Source: Octopus sinensis (Eukaryota). Taken from it: DNA of 64,000 bases. A model generated the notes under the pieces. That model was not told the DNA's origin, made no database searches, and saw only the letters and a list, made by a program, of their open reading frames with translations. Both the position numbers and the translations under genes were made by a program. Each line of letters opens with the position of its first letter. The first letter of the stretch is position 1. This document shows positions 36,421-48,260 of this stretch, piece after piece. The DNA lies in contig NC_043006.1 of assembly GCF_006345805.1 (NCBI RefSeq), positions 4,030,001-4,094,000 on the forward strand, given 5' to 3'.

Positions 36421-38134
36421 TCATATTTAATTTAAATCAGTGTTTCTCAAAAGGGAGGCCTATGGGACGGTCGGACCACCTAAATTGAGATACAAATAAA
36501 TCATTTCTACTCTAGGAACAAGGCCTTGAGTTTTTAAGGTGTGTATGGTGGGGAGCCAATTACATCAACCCCAGACTCGTCTAGTACATATTTTATTGAT
36601 CCCCAAATGGATAAAAGGCAAAGTTGATCTCAACAGAATTTGAACTCAGAATGTAATTGGTCAGAACAAATACTGCAACTGACCATTTCTGCAGAAATCC
36701 TGAAATTTGTGTGATTACTTTGAGCCCAGTGCTCAACTACTACTCATTTTATCAGCTCCAAAAAGATGAAAAGCAAGTCGACCTTGGTGCAATTTGAACT
36801 CAAGACATAAAACTGGAAAAGATACAGCTAAACATTTTTCCCAGCACAGTAATTGTCAGCTTGCTGCCCAAATAAAAATAATAATGATGCTGATGACTGC
36901 AGCAATATCTGAGAATTAATAGCAGCAGCAGCAGCTATAGAACAGTCAGCTATCACTTGCAATTAAATATGCCTTCACTAATTGGTTTAGGTGCCTGGGT
37001 AGTTGTGAGCAGACATAGACATTCTTTCGACTTACTGCCCTTACCCCAGCAGAATATCAAGGATGTGATACCGAGAGTGTGACCTGCAACAGCTCTTGAC
37101 TGATATTCCAATGTTCAACTGAGTCAAGGAGAACTGGAAATAAAGTACCTTGCTCAAGGATACAATGCATCATTTGTTTCAGATACTGAACTCATGAGCA
37201 TGAGTCAAACACACTAACCACTGGTCTACACACTTTCACTAGTAACATCAATAGTTATTTTGCATCATCATTTATTTATTCAAAAGTGGTAGTATTTTCT
37301 TTTTGTTTTGTTTTTTTTGCTTTTTCTAGTTAGATGTCCTGTCCTTGTTGTGGTGTGGTAGCTTGCATACCTCACTGACCATGAGAGCTATACCAGCAGG
37401 GCACAAGCTCCTAGCAGGATCAACCATGCTAAACAGCTCAGAGGATAGAGGCCAGGCTGATAAAGGCCACCTCTTCACAGAGGTAAAAATGGATATGCAT
37501 AGCGTCAATACCTCTACCTAAGAAAACAAAGTTACAGAAGCACCGACAACAATTTAAAACCTGCAAAACCTGAGAGAAGAAGACCTACCCTCAGGGAAAT
37601 ATGTGACGTGGCGCAGCAAAACTGAAAAGGAAGTTGCAAGGGAAAACAGGGATCCAAATGGTGAGAAGCAGAAAAGACATCTCAGAATGACGAAGAGTTG
37701 AAAAAAGTTGTTGATGGCCTTTGCTCCATAAGAAATGAGGGTTTAGGTAAGTAGCGTAATCGTTATATCTACTAAAATATTGTGGTTAGTTTAGAATTGA
37801 CTGTGTACCAACATTTGAAGAGCAGCTTATGACTAATCTATATGAAACATTAGTGCCAGTTAAAACCAATCACTTGGAGATAAGAGGTGTTGTGATATAA
37901 AAATATAGTAAAAATAAATTATGTGGATACATAAAACAACACATTCACTGTTATGTCTTTTCTGTAAGAATGCATGCGAATAAAATAAGCAGATGCAAGT
38001 GTGGCTATGTGGTAAGAAGCTTGCTTCCCAACACATGGTTCTGGGTTCAGTCCCACTGTGTGGCACCTTGGGCAAGTGTGTTCTACTAAAGCCTTGTGAG
38101 TGGATTTGATAGATAGAAAATGAAAGAAGCCTGT

Positions 38135-38168
<34 letters not shown>

Positions 38169-38451
38169 ATTAATTAATAAGGGTGAGAGAATTAGATACT
38201 AATTTAATAGTATATCTATTCAACACCAAGTGGCCCAGTGCTCCGAGAAACCTGGATTATTATAATATTTTATAATATATTATAATATTTTATACAAAAA
38301 TAAATATAAGAGAGTGGTCACTATATGGCTCACTCTAGCACTAGTTAATCCAAAAGGTTTCAACCACAAACATACATGTTTCCCATGAAAGTCAGTACGA
38401 TTGTTAGCTCACACGAACAGGGCAAATAAAAAATAACAAAAATACAGATTA

Positions 38452-38533
38452 TTTTGGGACAATTGTTTCGCTATTAATGAATTAAATGTAATTTTACTTA
38501 CAAAAAAATCCACTTGTAGCTCCTCAGCCAAAA
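38452..38533 (-). ncRNA. Type I hammerhead ribozyme, intact
   Basis: UUUUGG-CUGAGGA-GCUA..UAGC-GAA-ACAAUUGU-C|CCAAAA. Stem I 6 bp, stem II 4 bp plus insert, palindromic helix III, GUC site. Confidence 0.85.
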
Positions 38534-39124
38534 CTATCTGGATGAAATCCACTCAATCACACGCCAGATTTTAACATAACGATAAATACAGTGTGGTTCA
38601 ATTGATTACATCCGACGTTATAATTCAAATGCCCCTACCAACAGCACGCCAAACTTTCACGGAAACAAATACTACATTTAGAAATAAATGTAGCATAATT
38701 ATAATTAATTAATAAGGGTGAGAGAATTAGATACTAATTTAATAGTATATCTATTCAACACCAAGTGGCCCAGTGCTAGAGTGCTAGAGTGAGCCATATA
38801 GTGACCACTCTCTTATATTTATTTTTGTATAAAATATTATAATATATTATAAAATATTATAATAATCCAGGTTTCTCGGAGCACTGGGCCACTTGGTGTT
38901 GAATAGATATACTATTAAATTAGTATCTAATTCTCTCACCCTTATTAATTAATTATAATTATGCTACATTTATTTCTAAATGTAGTATTTGTTTCCGTGA
39001 AAGTTTGGCGCGCTGTTGGTAGGGGCATTTGAATTATAACGTCGGATGTAATCAATTGAACCACACGTGTATTTATCGTTATGGTAAAATCTGGCGTGTG
39101 ATTGAGTGGATTTCATCCAGATAG

Positions 39125-39205
39125 TTTTGGCTGAGGAGCTACAAGTGGATTTTTTGTAAGTAAAATTACATTTAATTCATTAATAGCGAAACAACTGTCC
39201 CAAAA
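39125..39205 (+). ncRNA. Type I hammerhead ribozyme, second copy
   Basis: Same core. Helix III reads ACAACUGU, one change that breaks the palindrome. Predicted cut after 39199. Confidence 0.82.
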
Positions 39206-39401
39206 TAATCTGTATTTTTGTTATTTTTTATTTGCCCTGTTCGTGTGAGCTAACAATCGTACTGACTTTCATGGGAAACATGTATTTTTGTGGTTGAAAC
39301 CTTTTGGATTAACTAGTGCTAGAGTGAGCCATATAGTGACCACTCTCTTATATTTATTTTTATATATATGTATATATATATGTATATATATATGTATATA
39401 T

Positions 39402-42400
39402 ATCATCATCATTCATCATTGTTCGACCGTGGTCGAGACAATGGAATTTACCATGCTACGCCAGACTTCACAGTCCATCATGGCATTACGGAGGTCCTGT
39501 TGCTGGATGCCTGTATCCCTGGAGATTACATCAGGGTAGGAGAGTGTGCGCCCTCTGGTATTGTGAGTAGATGGCTTCCAGAGGAGAAGAGTAGAAATTA
39601 CTTCTTTTTCAGCTCTACAAGAATGTCCAGCAAACTGGACTCTCCTACCTTTCACAAGAGATGACACAGGTGGTAGTTTCCCATATATTTGCATTTTGGT
39701 TGGATGGCGCTTCCACGAGAGATTTTGAGCTCTCATAAGGAGGCGAGTGTAGGTTCCATCTCAAGGTTCCATCTCAAGCTTCTTTGATAACGTCCAGGTT
39801 TCTGAGCCATATAGTAGAATTGGTTCGACTGTGGCTTTGAATATTTCAAGTTTGAAGTCTCTACTTAGATTTGATGACCAGATCTTATGCATGTCATTAC
39901 AGGCTGACCAGGCCATACCCTTTCTAGTTAGAAAGTCTGTTCCAGATGATGATATGTATGACCCAAGATATTTATAATCAGAAACCATATTTAAAGGCGC
40001 ATTGTTGAGAGTATGGATGATGCAATCACTGTTGGACAGGCACTTGTTTATGTATTCAGTTTTGGCCTCATTGAGGTAAAGACCTACACAATTTGAGGCT
40101 TGTTCAAGAGATTGTAAAAGAGACTGGGCATTGGAGAGAGAATCACTGATAAGAGCGATGTCATCAGCAAAGTCAGTGTCTGTCAAGTACTCAGCTGGGT
40201 GTCTGGAACTTCTTCTTGGTTTTATTTCAAAGCCCTTGCCAGAGATGGTATCAACTGACATACGTAGCACATAATCAACAACAATGATGAAAAGAAATGG
40301 GGCGAGTGTGTCTCCCTGCAGTATTCCGGCTTTGATTGAGAAAGATGATGTTTCTCCGTTAGGGGTTAAGATGGTTGAAGACGTATCTGTGTAGAGGACC
40401 TTGATGGCAGAAATGATTTTGTCTGGTATCCCATAGAGCTTAAGGATTTCAAACATCTTGTACCTATCTACAGAATCGAACGCTTTAGAAAAGTCTACAA
40501 ATACCATTGCAAGATCGCGATTAAATGCTTTTGATTCTTCAATAAGTCTGCATAGGCATAGTATCAGGCTCAGCGTTGAGCGCCCATGTCTGAATCCATT
40601 TTGGTTCTTTCGGAGCAAAGGTTCAACAAAAAGGACAAGACGATTTAGGATCAGTTTGTTGTACAGTTTTGCAGCAATTGACATTAGAGATATACCCCTG
40701 TAGTTGGTGACGAGGGATAAATCGCCTTTTTTGGGTATTGGAATGATTTGAGATTGGTGCCAAATCTTTGGAGCGACAAAGGTGGAAAGTGTGTGGTTGC
40801 AGAGGTTGAGCAAAAGTGTGTGAAATCTATCATCCTTCCAAATTACAGCTGGGATGTTGTCGGGACCAAATGCTTTCGAGGCTTTTAGTTGCTTGGTGGC
40901 TGCTGTTAGTTCAAATATGGTAAAAGGGGAGGTGTTGATGTCCAGCGTGTCTGATATAGACACACTTGGAAGAGTGGAGTTATCAGGGATTTTGGCATTC
41001 TTCCCAAGGAGGTTTTTAAAATGGGTTGACCAATTTTCTAAACGCTTCTTAGCTGATCCCCCTTTAATTCTAATTGATGACCCAGAATTTTTGCCTGATA
41101 GGTCTTTGATGGGTTTCCAGGTGAGATGGTATTTTTTACTAATGTGCTTTTTGGATAGTTTACTAATTTTGCCATTGATAAAGTCGACCTTGGCGTTCAA
41201 GTAAGCCTCATCAAGATTCTTCTTGGCAGCTATGAGTTGGATCTTCAGTGACTGGGATGGAGAACGGTGGTAAGCTAGTGATATAGACTTTAGATGGTTT
41301 CTGGCTTCGATGACATTTGGGGAATTAGAAGGTTTGCTCTGGCCCCTACACTTCTTTTTGGGAAGAGTAGCCAGTGCAACTTCCTCTGTTGATTTGATGA
41401 GGCTGCTGTATACTTCTTCAATGTTCTCAGCATCTATTTCAGAAGTAGACAGAGATTGAAATGTGTTATAGACCTCAATAGTAAATTGTTTGGACATATC
41501 GGGGTTAGATAAGACTTCCTCCCAGTCGATCATTTTCATCGGATGAGGCTTAGCTTTTTTGGATGAACGAAGACTAAGCTTAACGGTAGCTGATACAATT
41601 CTGTGGTCAGAGCCGACAGAACTAAAGGAAGAGTAGGATCTCGAGTCTTTAACACTATTGCGCCACTTCTTTCGAAAGATGAGGTAGTCAATTTGTGCCC
41701 TTTCACCAAGTGGGGACTCAAAATGTCCAAAGTTGACCTTTTGGTTTCATAAAAGAATTGTTGGAGGTGTAGAGATTAAATTCCTCCAAGAAGTCTTTGA
41801 GCATTTCTCCGTTCCGATTAGTTTTAGAGTTGAAAGTAAACTTGGTCTCATCGGGTCCTAGTCTAGCATTCAGATCACCAGATATAACTAGAAAATTATG
41901 GAGAGGTACTTGCTCAATGGTTGAACGAAGGGTTGTATAACAATTCTCAATCTCGTATGCCACAGACGATTTTATGTGGGCTATACACACATACCAATGT
42001 TGTTTTCGGGTTTCCACCTATCTCAAGCACCATAATTCTAGGTGAGATTGACTCTATACTCAAGAGAGTATCACTAGCTTTTGATGAAAGTAGAAATCCG
42101 ATACCTCCAACTGTTGAATTAACAGTATTCTTTGATGCTGAGGAGGTTACAAGTTGATAAGAACCGACTTGATGGTATTTGAGGATGTTGTCAGGGTGGT
42201 AAAATCGGTGTTCTTGGACAGCTATTATATCAATGCTATGTGATTCTGCATTTTGCACCAAGTTCTTCTAAACGGCCAAGAGAGCCGAGGGTGCGGGCAT
42301 TGAGGGTGCTGAGTATTGTATGATTTTTACAGCTGATGAGGTGTTTGTTTGGTGTTGTTTGGTTGGGAGCTGACTCTTAACCATCAGGTGATACCCGTCT

Positions 42401-42545
42401 GTTAAGATTGAGGGCATCACCGTCAATGGATGCCCTTGGAGGTGCAACGTGATCAGAGATAGGACCCGGCAAAGCAGGGGCTGGACCTACATCCGCAGGT
42501 ATACCATTAGGTCTGGTTCCCTGGGGAAGAGGAACCCTGGTGCAG
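39402..42545 (-). mobile_element. RTE/RTEX-type LINE, near full length, disrupted
   Basis: APE remnants (IIAVQEHRF, ISGDLNARLG) in 41718-42261. RT ORF 39761-41539 (YRGISL, QGDTLAPFLF, FADD). A 13-nt duplication (ggttccatctcaa) near 39755-39780 shifts the frame. (TGA)n tail. Confidence 0.9.
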
Positions 42546-42685
42546 TTAATTGTAAATTCCATAGTCTTTTCAAATGGCTAATAATGTGTGCGCGCGCCAC
42601 TACTACACACATTGGAAAGCATTGTACAACCAAGTACTAAAGAAGATCTTATTTAGTATATATATAATCTTTAGTATATATATAA

Positions 42686-43947
42686 TCAGGTCATTAACAA
42701 TGAAATGTCTGATTTTGAACAGAAAGTTTATTTTACTTTATCTCAACAAAAACCAATGCAGGTAGTCAAAGTATGCACCTAAATCATCAACACAATTTTG
42801 CCATTTTATGGGTAGCTTATTTATGCTGGCAGCGAAGAATTATGGGGAGCAAGAGGTGATGAAAACCACAAAAAGGCTGTTTTTGCATCTTCTTCAGACT
42901 TGAAGTTTTTTCCTTGCAAAAAGTTGTCTAATGCCTGGAAAACGTGATAGTCAGTTGGTACAAGGTCAGGTGAATATGGTGGATGACGGAGTACTTCCAA
43001 ATTCAGTTCCTGTAACTTGAGTAGCGTTCTTTGTGCAAGATGTAGTCGAGCATTGCCTTGCAAGGGTATTGGTCTGTCTCTATTGACCAATCTCGGTTGT
43101 TTAATTGCAATTTTACTCATCATTTCATCCAATTGGTTGATGTATACATCTGCTGTAATTGACTAACCTGGTCTCATGAAGCTGCAGTGGAGGACACCAG
43201 TGCTGGACCACCAAACAGGCACAATTAGCTTTTTTTGGTGAATATTCTTTTTTTGAACTGTATTTTGGCACTTTGTCTCTATCCAACCACTGTGCGGAAC
43301 ACTTGCTATTGTTGAAAGAAATCCATTTTTCATCGCACATAACAATACGATGCAAAAATGGTTCGCTTTTATGCCATGACAGCAAAGAACAGTAATTTTG
43401 AAGACGTCTCATTTGATGCTCATTCAGTTCATGTGGTACCCACTTGGCCAGTTTCTTTACCTTGCCAATTTATTTGAGATGATCCAATATAGTTGGAATG
43501 AAAGCATCAAACTTTGCTGCTAATTCACGCGTAGTTTGAGATGTATCCATCAGTTTCCAGCTCATCATTATCCACCTTGGTCTCAGGTCTACCATGGGGC
43601 TGATTTTCAAGGGTAAAGTCACCATACTGGAAGTTCTCAAACCATCAATGTACAGTGCGCTCACTCGCCACAGCTTCACCAAATACCTCACTGATGTTTC
43701 GAGCTGTTTGAGATGCATTGGTTCCATGATGGAACTCATATTCATAAACATGAATTTTTGATATATTCATGGTTTCAAAAAAATTGATTTACAAGAGACT
43801 ATATAATCAGACATCATGAATTGCATTTCAAAAAGTGATAATGTAATTCTTAAATGTTATAAAACAAAGAATTGTTAGGATAAAACATTAGAGTTAACGA
43901 CTGTCAAACTTAGTGCATAAGAGAATCAGATATTTCATCCTCAGACC
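42686..43947 (-). mobile_element. Mariner transposon, degenerate
   Basis: MCDEKW, VWWS and HPPYSPDLVPTDYHVF motifs in broken frames. TIR remnant (a/g)atgaaat(g/a)tctgatt at both ends. Confidence 0.88.
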
Positions 43948-44149
43948 AGGGCTGGCAAGCTGGAAGGCTATTCCAGACTCCATCTGATTTGGCATGGTTT
44001 CTATGGTTAGATCCCCCTCCTAATACCAACTACTCCAAGAGTGTAATGGATTCTTTTACATGCCATCAGCATGGGTGCCGTTTGTGTGACACTAGTATCT
44101 GTTGCAATATTACTTGGCTTGATGGGTCTTCTCAAGGTCAAGTTGCTTT

Positions 44150-45230
44150 AGATGTACTATAATTGTGTTGCAGACTGCATTCGAATGCGACAGCAGTGCC
44201 AATGCTGTGACATCTTCACGGATGTACATGGCAACTCTGCCGCAACTTCTCTCTTTTCTGTCTGTGCAGAACACAGTATACATTGGTATGTGTATCTCTG
44301 TGTCATGTATGTCAGCAGACAGATGAGTGTCTGTGAGTGCAATGCATATAGTTTAATTGCATGCAGACAGTTCTCCCAGGTATGCAATTTTGCTCTTGCT
44401 GCTGTTTTGCAAGAGGTCTCTCATGTTCATCAGTAGAATTGGTGTGATGGGTGACTCGGTGGTAGTGGTGGCCATCCTGGGTCCATTGCTTGTGGCAGTC
44501 TTGTTTGTGGGTGTACATGGCTAAATTTCATTTGTAGCCTAGCTATGATAACTGCTGTGTTATCATTTGTGCAATACATAAGAAACATTGCTGCAGTTCA
44601 CACCGAATCTACATACAGCTTTTTGGCAATCTTTTTTGTTGTTGTGCACAGGGGTCCCTGAGCATGGATGCTTATCCTGATTACTGGGTGAAGAGTTTTG
44701 GTTGTACAAAGCAGCAGTGTGTCCCCTTCTCTCCATGCCAGCAGACTCCTTTTATGTAGAATGTACAGGTTGTGTTTATGGGTTTAGCCTTAAGTTTGAA
44801 CCCTGTTTCACCTATCTTGTGGCTGTCTCTCATTGGGAGAGGGAGTTGGAGTCGCTTCTCTTAAGAGCTTTGGGATTCTTTTCTTGCTCCTCTTCACATT
44901 ACTGCGATTATCCTCATTAGTTGCTCTGGGCCTCTCGCTTGGTGCATCAGTTTTGGTGTTTTCCATGCAAACACTTTTCTTAGGTGAATTAGCATTTACA
45001 AATTTTAAAAATGGTGTTTAACTTGTCCAGATGTGGTCTGATGAGTTCATAAGCAAGACCAAGTTCTTTCTTGTTTGCTCTATCTGCATCTTGGTTCAAT
45101 TGAATCCATTGTTTTCCAGGGCTGCAGAAATCACATTATTGGGTGGGTCATTTTTGGCAGCAACCCAAGCCCATAGGAGTAGGAGGTCTATCATCTCTGT
45201 GTCCTTCTAGTTTGCAATCTCAACTCTGTT
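44150..45230 (-). mobile_element. Degenerate Cys-rich ORF remnant, probably LINE ORF1
   Basis: The minus strand at about 44700-44768 reads CTFYIKGVCWHGEKGTHCCFVQP (CCCH-like), followed by further Cys clusters with stops. Confidence 0.4.
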
Positions 45231-45239
45231 ACTACTATC

Positions 45240-45480
45240 TTTATGACGTGTGATTGATTGGTGAGTGCAGAGAGGGGGGGTTACGATTGGGATACCTTGG
45301 GAGGGCAGAGCATCCATCCCTGCTACTGACTTGGTCACCTAGGTAACAGAAGTTATCAACTAATTCTAGTTTTCCCCTCTGGCATGTGACAGAAGCTGTT
45401 TTCTGCACATTTTCAGTGTTTATTGCCACTGAGCATTTGCCAAAGTTGACTTAACAAACCTCTTCCTTCATAGACAAAAA
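45240..45480 (-). mobile_element. RTE LINE internal fragment
   Basis: KLELVDNFCYLGDQVS; homologous to 34930-35100. Confidence 0.75.
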
Positions 45481-47309
45481 AGTTTATGGCCTTGTACCTA
45501 TGTAAGAAATTGCTTTCCATTTTCACAACTCTATGGACGAAGTTCACATCAGTAAAGGGCTAAGTTAGAGAAACAAAAGAGTTTCTGTAAAACATTCAGT
45601 GAACCTTTGCCAGATAATACTTAAGTTGTAAACAGCATATCACTAAGTAGAGGAAGAGAAACTGACTGGGATCCCCTCAGTACATCAAATGAACTGGAAA
45701 CGATCTGGAGCTAAATTCCATTGGCTGTGCATAATCATGAGCTGTGGTATTACATGGTGAAACATTTTACTCAGCTAGATTCAGAACTCCCTTCATCAAA
45801 ACAGCCCAAAGTGAGTGCCAAGCCCAATCCAAGTTAATGGTAATCAGCAGTGTGCTCCAGCTCAAGAGTTCAGTTGACTCAATTTATTGCCCAGTTTAAT
45901 CCCATCACTTGATCTTTGGATATCATTTGTAGAGTCTATTTTTTGTGTGCCTTTAGACCATGCTTTTGGTTTGAGAATAAGTTATGAGTTGTCATTTTTT
46001 CTTCTCTTTCCTAAATCAGTCTTACAAATCCTGCACTAAAAGCATAGAGACTGACCCACCTCTTCTGAGTATGCAATAAAAAAAAAGAAACATAAGTGTC
46101 TTTCACACAAATGTGTGTGTGTGTGTGTGTGAGCATTTAGTTGTTTGGTCAGTTCATGAAATTAAAACATAAGCATAAAATCATTCTGTAGTCATGTGTA
46201 CCCCCTCATTATGATACCCAAGTCAGATCAGCATGACAACGATGTGACAAGGCTTGACCTTTGAATTACAGGTACAATGTAGATAGAAAGATGAATTGAG
46301 CTGATTTTACTACTGGCTTGGTATGTTTTGTGTCTGCTCTGAAAAGGGGGAAAGGTAAAGTTTACCTCAGTTTCATTTGAATTAGGATTAGAGAGATCCA
46401 AAATATATACTGCTCTGCATTTTATTCATATTCTAACAATTCTGCCAATTTACCAACTTGATATAGAAATAAAAACCAAAGGAGAAAGAGAAAGAAAGAA
46501 TAAGTGTGTGTGATTAGGTTTGAACACAAGCTTTGTGAATGTTTTCTTCAAAAACCTAAACAAACAACAATTTAATCTTAGAAAAATGTGGTAAAGACTG
46601 GAATCCAAACTCTATGAAATAAAAATAATGATGAAGAAAAAAACTTACTTTTAATTTCTTTCTCTGCCACAACAAAGCTTGGAATTTTCCAAAGAAAACT
46701 ACAAATGTAATTTTCAAAAAATGGAACTGCTTAATTAAATAAAAAGACAAATTTCAAGAGAAGCAGTATGATCAAAATTACTAAAAGTACATCTTAAGTG
46801 ATATTCTCATAATAAAACTCTGAACATTCTATTGATAGCAAAGTATTTATAATTAAGTAAATTAATATGTGAAATACAAAAGCAATGCAGTTCCTGACGA
46901 GAAAACGGACCAGTGGAGTGATGGTACACATATGTCACCTCTTGTCTTAACGATCCCCTACTGTTAACTTACCTTTCATTGAGCAAAGGAGGAACTTGTC
47001 AGTGAGGCAAATAACTGTTAAGCACTTTGTAGTGAGACTTATTACACCTATGGTAGTAACACACACACACACACACACATAATTTCTTGTGTGATAGGTT
47101 TGTGTACTTATTTTCAGTAACCCTGCACTGAGCAAAGGATTCAAAAGTTAAAATAATTGTTGTCATTATCACTGGCACAGTAATATTTATCATTAATAAC
47201 AATGACTGTTTATTTTTTGGTTTCACTGATATCAGCTTCTTGAAGATAATGTTTGGCAAGATGAAATTATCCTTACATATAGTTGCAATTGGTTTGAGAA
47301 AAGGCAGAG

Positions 47310-48260
47310 ATCATCATTATCATCATCATCATCATTGTCATTTGATGATTGTTTTCCATGCTGGCATGCATTGCACGGTTTGACAGAACTGGTAAACCAG
47401 AGAGATGCACCAAGTTCCACCCTGATTTGGCTTGGCTTCTACAGTTGGATGCCCTTCCTAAGGCCAACCACACCAAGAGTGCAGTGCGTGCTTTTTACAT
47501 GCCACCAGCACTGGTGCTAGTTATGTGACACTGACATCAGCCATGACTATGATCTCACTTGGCCTGATAGGTCTTCTCAAGCACAGTATATTGCAAAAGG
47601 TCTCAATTACCTGTCACCGCCTTTGTGAGGCTCAGTACCCAAATGGAGCTTTTACATACCACTGGCACAGGTGCCAGTCACAACAACACTGGCATTGGCC
47701 ACAATTATGATTTCCACTTGGCTTGACAGTTCTTCTCAAGCACAGTATATCACGCAACGATTCAAGGTTGCTTTTTACATGTCAGTTAAGCAACACTGGC
47801 ATAGGCCAACACAACGATCTCACCTGCCTTCACGGGTCTTCTCATGCACAGTATATCACCAAAGGTCTTGATCACTTGTCATTGTCTCTGTGAGGCCCAA
47901 CATTCAAAGATCATGCTTTACCACCTCAGCCCCTGTCTTCCTGGGTCTATCTCTTCCATAAGTTCCCCTCCATATTGGCACTTCTTTACACTGTTGTCTT
48001 CCTCCATGTGCATCACATGACCATACCAATGCAGTTGTCTCTATTGCACATCATATCTGATGCCTCTTATGCCCAACTTTTCTCTCAAGATGCTAACACT
48101 CTGTCATACATGCACTCTGACATTGCACATCCAACGACACATACTAGCTTCAGTTATTTTCAGTTCTTTCAAGCCTATGCATGTCCTCAGCAGTCACAGC
48201 CCATGTTTCATGTAGCATAGCTGTCTAAACACAGGCATCATACAATCTGCCTTTCGATTT
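47310..48260 (-). mobile_element. Old RTE LINE 3' fragment (ORF end plus UTR)
   Basis: Diverged match to 33812-34830; (CAT)n tail at about 47310-47335 on the plus strand. Confidence 0.7.

Larger units (their letters stand above)
38165..39360. mobile_element. Inverted element of circularly permuted 535-nt monomers with hammerheads, between (TA)n tracts
   Basis: Block order is a-b-c-a followed by rc(b-c-a-b). Period is 535 on both halves (38181 vs 38716; 38791 vs 39326). Confidence 0.82.

Noticed and set aside
37330-37740. Possible RTE 5' UTR with an HDV-like ribozyme (also 18430-18910)
   Set aside because: It resembles RTE 5' ends, but I could not build the nested double pseudoknot by eye and no ORF follows.
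46965-47025. Minus-strand AAG|GTAAGT donor with a short upstream candidate exon
   Set aside because: No protein similarity or partner exon; isolated donor matches are expected by chance.
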